A program made the translations under genes and the position numbers. Below, one piece after another: positions 32,381-40,462 of a stretch of DNA of 64,000 bases. The stretch lies in contig NZ_CP134949.1 of NCBI RefSeq assembly GCF_032116555.1, positions 1,302,001-1,366,000 of the forward strand, written 5' to 3'. Positions within the stretch are counted from its first letter, which is position 1, and each line of letters opens with the position of its first letter. The stretch comes from Halorarum halobium (GTDB taxonomy: Archaea; Halobacteriota; Halobacteria; Halobacteriales; Haloferacaceae). The notes beneath the pieces were generated by a model. That model searched no databases, was not told the origin of the DNA, and saw only the letters and a list, made by a program, of their open reading frames with translations.

Positions 32381-32480
32381 TATAGCGACATTTGCTATAG
32401 CTGAATAGGGTTTATATGACTGTGAGGGGGCGCCCTCTGGATTATCTGAATTACGAAACAAAGTAGTATACTTGGGGTGA
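32381..32480. promoter_or_regulatory. AT-rich pocket with palindromes and a TATA-like element
   Basis: TATAGC-N7-GCTATA (32381-32399), TTTATA (32411), GAGGG-GGCG-CCCTC and TTATCTGAA (32442-32450) in otherwise GC-rich DNA. Confidence 0.5.
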
Positions 32481-33563
32481 TTTCATCCGACTCGGCCGTC
32501 GACGACCCCGGGCCGCGGGGAGAACGCAGGGTTTCGGACGTTCTTCGGAGGGGACCGATCGAGCGGACATGCCGGTGGAAGCTCCTCGTCGGTGACTCCG
32601 TCGTCCTCGGCTGGATACTGGCCGTTTCGGATCCCGAATCCCGGTTCGAGAACGCGACGACGTCGAGACGAGCGATCAGGTCCTTACCGAACCTTCTCGA
32701 ACGCGTGTGCGGTCCTGCACTCGTTTTCGCCACGATTTGCGTCCCCTCAAACTGATGCTCTCTCGCGGGCGTGATACGGGAAATCGCGCCGGCCTCTGGA
32801 GCGAAACCTGGCCTGGGAACGCTTCCGAGGGGGACGGCTCTCGACCCGTCTGGAGGGGCTGACGGCCCGTTTCGCGAGGCAAGTTAGTTCGGAACGGTCG
32901 GGGAGGTTCCATCTGTGGACGTCCTCAGAGGCACAATTTCGTCCCACCGTCCTCCGACGACCGGAAGTGGGCTCGCTGACCGTCACAACGGTCAGGTTTC
33001 CGCTTCCGTCGGAGCTCACGAGGAATCGGCCCGCTCTGGTTCAGTGCCGTCAGAGCGACCCTGGGCACGTGCGGCTGTGCTCCAGGGGCGTCGTGACACT
33101 CCGGGGTAGTTCGCGTGCGAGCCGTCCCGTCGATAGGGATTGCCCGCTCTCCTCCCGCTTAGCGTTACTCCGATTCGGCACCACCAGCGGTGTCCTCGCC
33201 CTGAAAGCCCTCCCGAGGCGACGATGCACCGGTTCGCAACCCGGAGTCGAGCGCGTTCGACTGGGTGTGCAATCCGGGGGCGGCGATCCTCCGGCTACCG
33301 GATCAGCGTCCTGCTGCGGGGAGGTACGACCGCGCGCGGATCGTTCAGCCGGTAGCCGATCCGGAGGGTCGGTCTTCGAACCGGCCGTGGAAGGGTCTCG
33401 ACGTTTCAACCGGGGCCGATCGAAGTCAGCGTCGGGACCGGGCAGGCACTCGGCTGGCTTGCTTCTCCGTCGGGATCGCACGATCCCGTGCCGTCCTGCT
33501 TTCGCGGTCCGCCTGACTGACCGATTACCGCTGAGGAACGCAGATATCTGTCGGCCAGTCCGT
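32480..33563. ncRNA. Candidate long structured non-coding region downstream of the recombinase
   Basis: No credible ORF; many nested hairpins (32952-33014, 33032-33057, 33059-33087, 33285-33370, 33471-33488). Transcription is not shown. Confidence 0.3.
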
Positions 33564-34622
33564 TCACAGGAGCGAGTAGATGTGGCGTTCGTACGTTTCG
33601 CGGACGTTGTCGCCCCAGTTGTGGGTGTACGTGTCGATGATGTCCTCGGCGACGTCCCCGCGGAGGTACTTCACGATCCCGCGTTCGCCGGTCCGGTCGC
33701 GGAGGTGCGTCGTGAAGAAGTGGCGGAAGTAGTGGGGCGTGACGTTCTGTGTCGCCCCGGCACCCGATTCGTACCAGCCCATCTCGGTCGCGTGTTCCCT
33801 GACGATCCGCTGAACCTGCTCGGGTGTGAGTCGTTCGCCCCAGCCGCGGGCCGTCCCGAGGAACAGCGGCTCCGCGTCCGAAACCGGGTCCGGACGGATC
33901 GCGAGCCAGCGGCACAGCGTCCGTTCGAGTTCCTCGTCGACGGGTACGACGGTCCCACGCTTTCGTTTGTTCGAGGCGCCCCGCATCTCGCCGTTGTACT
34001 CGGTCCCGACGCTCGGTTCGGCGGCGACGTACAGCGATTCCGGGCGGCCATCGAGCTGGGCTCGATCCCCGAGGCGGAGTTCGCCCGTCTCGACCGACAG
34101 CGAGAGGTCACGGAGGTCCAGGTTGCACAGTTCACCGACGCGCATCCCCGTCTTCAGGAGCGTCACGATCAGCGCCCGTTCCAGCGGGTGGCCGACGGAG
34201 GCGACGAACCGCCGCATTCGGGGGACGGAGATCTCCCGGCGGGCGGGGTCGGTCTCGATTCGCTCGTCGAGTTCCTCCATGACCAGCGCCATCGGGTTCG
34301 CGTCGAAGGCGCCCACCTGGGTCATGTAGGCGTAGAACCGGTGGAGGTACGCGGCGTAGGTGGCGACCGACGAGTCGGCGAGGTCGGGGTCACGACGCAG
34401 TTCGTGGACGAACGACATACAGTCCCGGTGTGATGCGTCTCCGGGCTCGACGGTCCCGGAACTGCCGGGTCCGCCGTCCGCGAGGAAGGACTCGAACCGA
34501 CGGAGCACCCGACCGTACTCCTCTCGGGTCTGGTCGCTCTTGCCGTGTAGCTCCATGTCCTGAACGAAGTAGCCGATCGGGTCGGCCGGATCGTCGGCGT
34601 TCCGACTGTCGGTGCTACTCAT
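33564..34622 (-). CDS. Xer-family tyrosine recombinase (XerA/XerC-like)
   Basis: N-terminal SAM-like domain; KTGMRVGEL (R), NKRK (K), PHYFRH (HxxR), LRGD and DTYTH (Y). Confidence 0.93.
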   Translation of the reverse strand: MSSTDSRNADDPADPIGYFVQDMELHGKSDQTREEYGRVLRRFESFLADGGPGSSGTVEPGDASHRDCMSFVHELRRDPDLADSSVATYAAYLHRFYAYMTQVGAFDANPMALVMEELDERIETDPARREISVPRMRRFVASVGHPLERALIVTLLKTGMRVGELCNLDLRDLSLSVETGELRLGDRAQLDGRPESLYVAAEPSVGTEYNGEMRGASNKRKRGTVVPVDEELERTLCRWLAIRPDPVSDAEPLFLGTARGWGERLTPEQVQRIVREHATEMGWYESGAGATQNVTPHYFRHFFTTHLRDRTGERGIVKYLRGDVAEDIIDTYTHNWGDNVRETYERHIYSLL

Positions 34623-35022
34623 CGGTCAACACGTACCCTCCGTCGCGCCCGCTGAACCGGACGCGACCGGACTGTTGCAGATCGCCCATCGTCTCGTCGA
34701 GCCGTTCCTCGACGTCGCCGACGACCGAGTCGAGGAGGTCGTCCCACGTCACCGCCCCCTCGCCACGAAGAGTGTCGAGGACACGGTCTTCGAGGCCTTC
34801 ACCCCCGGGGTCGGCGGGGTCAGAACGGGGTTCCGTTTCGCCGGACGAATCCGGGGTCGATTTCAGATCCAGGCCGAGTTCGCTGCGGCCCGCCTGGACC
34901 ATCGTTCGGACGAACTCGGTCTGGGACATGTCGAGCCGCTCCGCGTCCTCGACCCATTCGGCCTTCTGGTAGCGCGGGAGGTTCACCCTGACTTCGGTCC
35001 GTTCCGTGTCGAGTTCGCTCAC
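34615..35022 (-). CDS. DUF5805-like DNA-binding protein (N-terminal RHH-like, C-terminal wHTH-like)
   Basis: GTG start; VRVNLPRYQKAEWVEDAERLDMSQTEFVRTMVQAGR; overlaps the recombinase start by 8 nt. Confidence 0.8.
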   Translation of the reverse strand: MSELDTERTEVRVNLPRYQKAEWVEDAERLDMSQTEFVRTMVQAGRSELGLDLKSTPDSSGETEPRSDPADPGGEGLEDRVLDTLRGEGAVTWDDLLDSVVGDVEERLDETMGDLQQSGRVRFSGRDGGYVLTDE

Positions 35023-35044
35023 GCACCCACGATACGGCGGGGTC

Positions 35045-35200
35045 CTTATCAATTCCACTGTTTCCCGTCTAAACTTACTAAGACCACGAACAGCGTGCAA
35101 AATCGGCGTAATATAGGCTTAGTAACTTGCCTTACATAAGAAGAAGACACGATATCCTGTCTTTCAATATACTCTACAGTTCCACAGGAACTTGCCTTAC
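35045..35200. promoter_or_regulatory. AT-rich control region with direct and inverted repeats upstream of the DUF5805-recombinase operon
   Basis: AACTTGCCTTAC twice (35124, 35189); palindrome AAGACA-CGATATCC-TGTCTT (35144-35163); TTACTAAG/CTTAGTAA inverted pair. Confidence 0.6.
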
Positions 35201-36045
35201 GAACTGCTTCGCGATTCGCCGCGCTCGTGTCGTCCCACTCGGTTACCTGTTCGAAGCGGACCACCGAACGGAACTGGTGTGGGTGATCGTTACTCGTCGT
35301 CGAGCGGGGAGGCAGCTCGTCGACGCACCGTCGAGAACGCCTCCCGACTGGTCGTGGGCGCGATCTCCACGACGAGTTACGAGTTCGCCGAACAATCCCG
35401 CCGACGGGGTTCCGGGATACTTCGCCGCCGGCGGCTCGGTCGATCCTCCGTCGGGGTCGATTCGGGATGGCGACCGGCTCCCGTCGAACGCCGAGCGTCG
35501 CCACCGCCCGTGGCGTGTGCTCCGTTTGCGGTCGCCCTCCCGTGGTTTTGACTCCGAGCGACCTCTAGGCAGGCTCGGCCGAACTCCCCGTGCCAGTTTC
35601 TCTGCGAGGAGAGGAATCCCGCTCTACTCAACTGCGGGTGAGGCTGGCGGCTGCGGTTTCCGGCCGTTCGCTGAAGCGGGGTGTCGTTACGGATTCGACG
35701 GACGTCCCCGAAACACTGGCTCCCACTGCCTCCGCCCGAGACCCGCAGACGGAACGGGGAAACGGAGACCGACTTCGTCGCCCGTCGGTGAGGCTCCGAG
35801 TGAGTCGGTACGGAGCTCGCAGCCGGTTTCGGCCGGTCCCGAAACAGCCTCCGTGGAGTGGCGCCGTCGATCCCGAAGGCGAGCCCGCGGAGGAACTGTC
35901 CATCCCCGGGTTATCGAAACGGAGTTCGGCGCGTGATCTCTCGACGCCCTCGATCACTGCTAGTCGATCCGACCTCGCTCCGATTCGCGCTCTCTGCTTG
36001 TGGTTTCCATGGTTCTATCGAACACGTGAGAACCGATGGACTGCG
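35200..36045. ncRNA. Candidate long structured non-coding region upstream of the recombinase operon
   Basis: No credible ORF; nested stems 35292-35377 and long-range pairs 35578-35587/35921-35930 and 35632-35639/35741-35748. Transcription is not shown. Confidence 0.3.
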
Positions 36046-36049
36046 GTAG

Positions 36050-36856
36050 TTATCGCTCGGCGGCCTCGACGAGTTCGCGGACCCGCGGCTCGGAGACCGG
36101 CCCCCGGACGTCTCCGTCCTCCTTGAACGCCGTCCCGACGATGACGCCGTCGGCGACCGAGAGGATTTCCCCGACCGATTCGGTTGTCACCCCGCTCCCG
36201 ACGAACAGCGGCGTCTCCAGGCCGAACTCGTCGTGTGCGGCCCGTGCGGCCTCGAGGTCGGCCCGCTCGACCCCCTGTCCGGTTCCCGACCCCGTGATGA
36301 TCGTCCCGTCCGCGAGGCCACGCTGAACGGCGTCGACGATCGATTCAGCGCCCGCGGACTCCGTTCCCACTGCCGTGGAGTGTTTCACCTCGTGATCAGC
36401 GAGCACCCGCACGTCGGCGTCGATGCGGTCCTGCAGTCGGGCGGTCTCGTGGGCTTTCCCCTGGATGAGCCCCTGGTCGGTCAGTCGTGCCCCGGAGTGA
36501 ACGTTCACCCGAACGAAGGACGCGGCGGCGGCCGCAGCGACCGAAACCGCGGCGTTCGCGTCGTTCCGGAGCACGTTGACGCCGACCGGGACGTCGACGG
36601 CGTCCCGGACCTCGCCGGCCGCACGGGTCATCATTGCGACGACGTGCTTCGGAACGTCGTCGGGGTAGAACGGGGCGTCCCCGAAGTTCTCGAGCATGAC
36701 GGCGTCGACGCCGCCGTCCGATAGCCGCCCCGCGTCGCGGCGAGCGTCCGCGAGCAGTGCTTCGCGGGACCCGGCGTACTGGGGCGCTCCCGGGAGCGGC
36801 GGGAGGTGGACCATGCCGACGACCGGCCGCGCGGTTCCGAACGTGGATTCGAGCAT
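36050..36856 (-). CDS. BtpA/SgcQ family protein
   Basis: VGMVHLPPLPG, ENFGDAPF, GVNVLRND, VKHS, GSGTG, ADGVIVGT. Confidence 0.93.
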   Translation of the reverse strand: MLESTFGTARPVVGMVHLPPLPGAPQYAGSREALLADARRDAGRLSDGGVDAVMLENFGDAPFYPDDVPKHVVAMMTRAAGEVRDAVDVPVGVNVLRNDANAAVSVAAAAAASFVRVNVHSGARLTDQGLIQGKAHETARLQDRIDADVRVLADHEVKHSTAVGTESAGAESIVDAVQRGLADGTIITGSGTGQGVERADLEAARAAHDEFGLETPLFVGSGVTTESVGEILSVADGVIVGTAFKEDGDVRGPVSEPRVRELVEAAER

Positions 36857-37201
36857 GGTGTTCGACTGGTTCTCCGGGGGGTAAAGTCCGCCGCGTTCCC
36901 CCCGCTGTCGCGTCTCCATCCACTGTTTCGTTGCTTCGGAAGCGACGAAACGGTGGCCGCACCGCGACTTATACACTGTATGTGGCTATACCAAGCAAAC
37001 GGCCGAACTGGCAGCGGTCTCGGGCGTGTGCCCCCTCGTTCGATGGGTGTGTCCCCCCGCTCGGCCAGCTCCGGATCACGTCGTCTCCCGGCGTCGAAAC
37101 TACGGCGTCACCTTCGGATCGTGACGGATGGCGGCGCGTCACGTCCGTGGTGGTACTGGACGAGTACCGGCCCGTCCCGACCGACCTCCGGGAATCTCAT
37201 G

Positions 37202-37870
37202 TCAACGGTTCGCGGCTCGCTCGTCGAGCCGCGCCGCGAGCTGATCGACGACGCCAGTCAGGTGGGCCGTGCCGACGACTGCGACGACGAGGCCGCCGAC
37301 GGAGTCGTAGACGATGTCGAGGACGGTGTCCTCGAGTCCGTACTGCGTGAGAACGGCCTCGCCGCCGATCACCCCGGACGCGACGCTGATGTAGAACTCC
37401 AGCAGTTCCCAGACGACGCCGAAGGCCAGCACGAACACGAGGAGGTAGAGGGCGAGGAACCGCGGCGGGAGGGCGATCGCCTCCGAGTGTTCGTCGAGCG
37501 CTCGTGCACCCGTGTAGGCGACGCCGACGACCAGCGACGCGGATAGCGCGTGGGTCAGGTGGTCCCACCACCACGTCCCGCCGTACAGCGTTGAGAAGTC
37601 GAGCCCGGGGAGCGGAACCGTCCCGAACGCGTGCAGGAACATGGCGACGGCGATCCACAGGACGAGTCCGACGTCGACCGTGAAGCCGTAGTTTCGCTCG
37701 AGCGCCGCCGGGAGGAGACTCACCAGCAGTCCGGCGCCGGCGTTGACCATGATTCCCGGGTCCCGGTTCACGAGCCCGAGCAGGAAGATCCCGAGCATAC
37801 AGAGCTGGAGCAGGCGCACGAGCGTCCACTCCCGCTCGGGTGTGAGTCCGATGCGACGAACGACGCTCAC
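37202..37870 (-). CDS. Multi-TM membrane protein (WWDHLTH / WELLEF motif family)
   Basis: GTG start overlapping the upstream stop; motifs LHAFG, WWWDHLTHALS, WELLEF, LEDTVLD. Confidence 0.78.
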   Translation of the reverse strand: MSVVRRIGLTPEREWTLVRLLQLCMLGIFLLGLVNRDPGIMVNAGAGLLVSLLPAALERNYGFTVDVGLVLWIAVAMFLHAFGTVPLPGLDFSTLYGGTWWWDHLTHALSASLVVGVAYTGARALDEHSEAIALPPRFLALYLLVFVLAFGVVWELLEFYISVASGVIGGEAVLTQYGLEDTVLDIVYDSVGGLVVAVVGTAHLTGVVDQLAARLDERAANR

Positions 37871-38472
37871 GTCGAGTTCACCTCGCCGGTCGCACCCGCC
37901 CCGTTCGAGCGCCGGAGCCGCCGACGGAACAGCCACCGGAACACGAGGCCGCCGATGACGCCTCCGAGCGCCGCGGCGGTGAAGACGGACATGAGTTCGG
38001 CGTTCGTCCCGACGAACGGCGTCCCGAGGACCGCCGCCGCGGCAGCGGCGAGGACCGTCCAGACGGCGGCCGTCGCAAGCGTCAGGAACACGACGAACGA
38101 AACGGCAAACGAGGGCGTCATGCTGACGCTCGTGGTGGCCTGTATCGTCGCGGCGGCGAGCATTCCGATCGCGGCGATGCCGACGCCGTCCACGACCAGC
38201 CCGAAGAACCCCGGGTCGACCGTCCCGACGACGTGGGGCGCCGTCGCGAGTGCCAGGACCGGCCACGGTACGAACCGCAGCGGCGACTCGCCGACCACGG
38301 CCGGGTAAACTGCCAGCGCCGCGGCCGTCCCCGCGAGCACTGCGTCGACCGGCCGTCCGGCGAGCAGGCTACCGACCGCAGCGAGTGCGAGCGCCCCGGT
38401 GAGCGTCAGACCGATCACCGAGTTCGCTCGGCTGTCGCCGAGATACCACCCGTCCGTTGCCGCCTGGCTCAT
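37867..38472 (-). CDS. Multi-TM membrane protein
   Basis: About six hydrophobic segments; translationally coupled to the downstream membrane gene. Confidence 0.75.
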   Translation of the reverse strand: MSQAATDGWYLGDSRANSVIGLTLTGALALAAVGSLLAGRPVDAVLAGTAAALAVYPAVVGESPLRFVPWPVLALATAPHVVGTVDPGFFGLVVDGVGIAAIGMLAAATIQATTSVSMTPSFAVSFVVFLTLATAAVWTVLAAAAAAVLGTPFVGTNAELMSVFTAAALGGVIGGLVFRWLFRRRLRRSNGAGATGEVNST

Positions 38473-38654
38473 GAGCTGTGCCTCGAACGAGGGCTGACGG
38501 TCTCAAAACGATAGTTTCGAGAAGCCGACCGTTTTCTCGACGGTTCGTTACCGGACGCTCGGGCGAGGCGCTCCCCATGAGTACGGCCCACCGACCGTTC
38601 CTACCGAGACTCCGGACCGGTCCCGCGGTCCCGACTCGCGCATAACCGGTCCGG

Positions 38655-38825
38655 TCAGGACGGGAGCGAAACGATCAGTTCGTGCTCGGTGCCCTCCAGA
38701 ACGGGGTGCCCACAGAACGGGCAGTACTCGTACGTGTGGACGCCGGGTTTGACGTTGTACCCCCCGGTGTTGTCACAGTCGATCCGCGTCGTCGCCTTCG
38801 TCGTGTTCGGCGGTTTCGTGATCAT
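38655..38825 (-). CDS. Small CPxCG zinc-finger-like protein
   Basis: 56 aa with IDCD..YCPFCGH..HEL; start MITKPP inferred. Confidence 0.55.
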   Translation of the reverse strand: MITKPPNTTKATTRIDCDNTGGYNVKPGVHTYEYCPFCGHPVLEGTEHELIVSLPS

Positions 38826-39017
38826 CGTTGCGGTGCGGTACCGGCACACAGGGTAGGGTGATCATAAACGTTCTCCCGCCACGTTCCCTCCGCCCGTCGG
38901 GTCGAGCCGGGTCGTGGTGTAGGACGGACCTACCGGCGTCTCTCCGAGCGCCAACGACCACCGCAGAACCGGAGTCGCGACCGGCCACCACCTCCGCTCA
39001 CCGGCCACCACCCCCGA

Positions 39018-39989
39018 TCACCGGTCAGCCGGAACGATACACCGAAAGCCGACGTGGCTCGTGGAGGTGTCGACCGGCTCGGGGTACCGGGCGGCCGGCC
39101 GGTAGCGGAAGCAGTAGTTGGGTGCACAGAGATGCGAGCCGCCTTTCAACACCTTCCTGGGAACCTCGGCGGGGTCGCGCGGGTCGACGCTCTCGGCTTC
39201 CTGAACGCCCCGCGGGTTCGTCGGCGTACAGCACGAGGGCGAGTCCGCTTCGCCGGCCGTCGGGTCGGCGCTGAACCAGTCGCGGGTCCAGTCCCAGACG
39301 TTGCCCGCCACGTCGTGGAGGCCGAACTCGTTCGGGGGGAACGAGCCGACGGGCGAGGTGCGCTCGTACCCGTCGAGTTCCAGGTTCTCGTGGGGGAACT
39401 CGCCCTGCCAGGTGTTCGCCAGCAGGGTCCCGTCCGGGACGTGCTCGTCGCCCCAGACGAACCGCTTGCCGTCGAGGCCACCCCGAGCCGCGCGTTCCCA
39501 CTGGGCCTCGGTCGGGAGGCGCTTGTCGGCCCAGTCGGCGTACGCCCGGGCGTCCTCGAAAGCGACGTGGACGACCGGGTGGTCCGGCTCGTCCTCGATG
39601 GAGCTGTCGGGGCCCAGCGGGTGGTGCCAGCAGGCGCCGGGGACGTACTCCCACCAGCCGCTCGGGTCACGGAGGTCGACGGGACCGTCGGGCGAGGTGA
39701 AGACGGCCGACCCCGGAACGAGGTCGGCGGGGTCCGAGCCGGGGTAGTTCGCCGGGTCGGGGTCTCGTTCGGCCAGCGTCGTGTAGCCGGCGTCCTCGAC
39801 GAACCGTTCGAACTCGGCGTTGGTCACGGGCGTCTCGTCCATCCAGAACCCGTCGACGTCGACCTCCCGGGTGGGGGCCTCCTCGGGGTAGAACTCGTCG
39901 GATCCCATCCGGAACGTCCCGCCGGGAATCCAGACCATTCGGTCGTCCGGCGCGGTCGGCGGTTCGGGGTCGGTTCGGTGTCGAGTCAT
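39018..39989 (-). CDS. Formylglycine-generating enzyme (FGE/SUMF1 family)
   Basis: GGTFRMGS, RLPTEAQWERAARGG, GNVWDW, KGGSHLCAPNYCFRYRPAAR (both active-site Cys), HVGFRC. Confidence 0.95.
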   Translation of the reverse strand: MTRHRTDPEPPTAPDDRMVWIPGGTFRMGSDEFYPEEAPTREVDVDGFWMDETPVTNAEFERFVEDAGYTTLAERDPDPANYPGSDPADLVPGSAVFTSPDGPVDLRDPSGWWEYVPGACWHHPLGPDSSIEDEPDHPVVHVAFEDARAYADWADKRLPTEAQWERAARGGLDGKRFVWGDEHVPDGTLLANTWQGEFPHENLELDGYERTSPVGSFPPNEFGLHDVAGNVWDWTRDWFSADPTAGEADSPSCCTPTNPRGVQEAESVDPRDPAEVPRKVLKGGSHLCAPNYCFRYRPAARYPEPVDTSTSHVGFRCIVPADR

Positions 39990-40462
39990 GAATCGTGATC
40001 GGTCGCCGGGGACGACCGAACTGGTACCCGATGACGACGTGCCGTGGACGCAGCTTTGTTATGCACACACGATTCTCCATGACGTCCGGCTTAGAAGCTG
40101 AAACGACGGATTAGCGGACGGATCGGGGGCTCAGGATGCGCCTACTCGGACGAGATCGCGTTCCCGGACGCGTGCGCCCGTGACACGACGCTCCGGGACG
40201 ACTGGATCGCTCCTACGGGAACCCTTCGCGCGGACGCCCGTCCATTACAAAGGTCGTGCTCGACCAACGGCACGTTCACATGATCGTCACCGACCACGTT
40301 CGCGTTCGACGACGGTGAGGGTGCGATACGACCGTATCCGGGACGGAACCCTCCCGACGCACGTCCCGGTCCGGACCGGGCGTCCGCGGGGGGACGAGCC
40401 CGGACTCCGGGACGCGTCCCGTGCCCGCGGGCCGGTGATCGACCCCGTCGTTCTGGACGACC

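Noticed and set aside
32967..34433. 488-aa + strand ORF and other short ORFs in 32395-33560
   Set aside because: Arg/Ser/Pro-rich, non-acidic, no motifs, and partly antisense to the recombinase.
33564..34622. Recombinase as a provirus or island integrase
   Set aside because: No adjacent tRNA, att duplication, viral or cargo genes were seen, and codon use is host-like.
35049..36126. Several 60-270 aa ORFs upstream of the DUF5805-like gene
   Set aside because: Composition is unlike halophilic proteins and no frame stands out, so the region was treated as non-coding.
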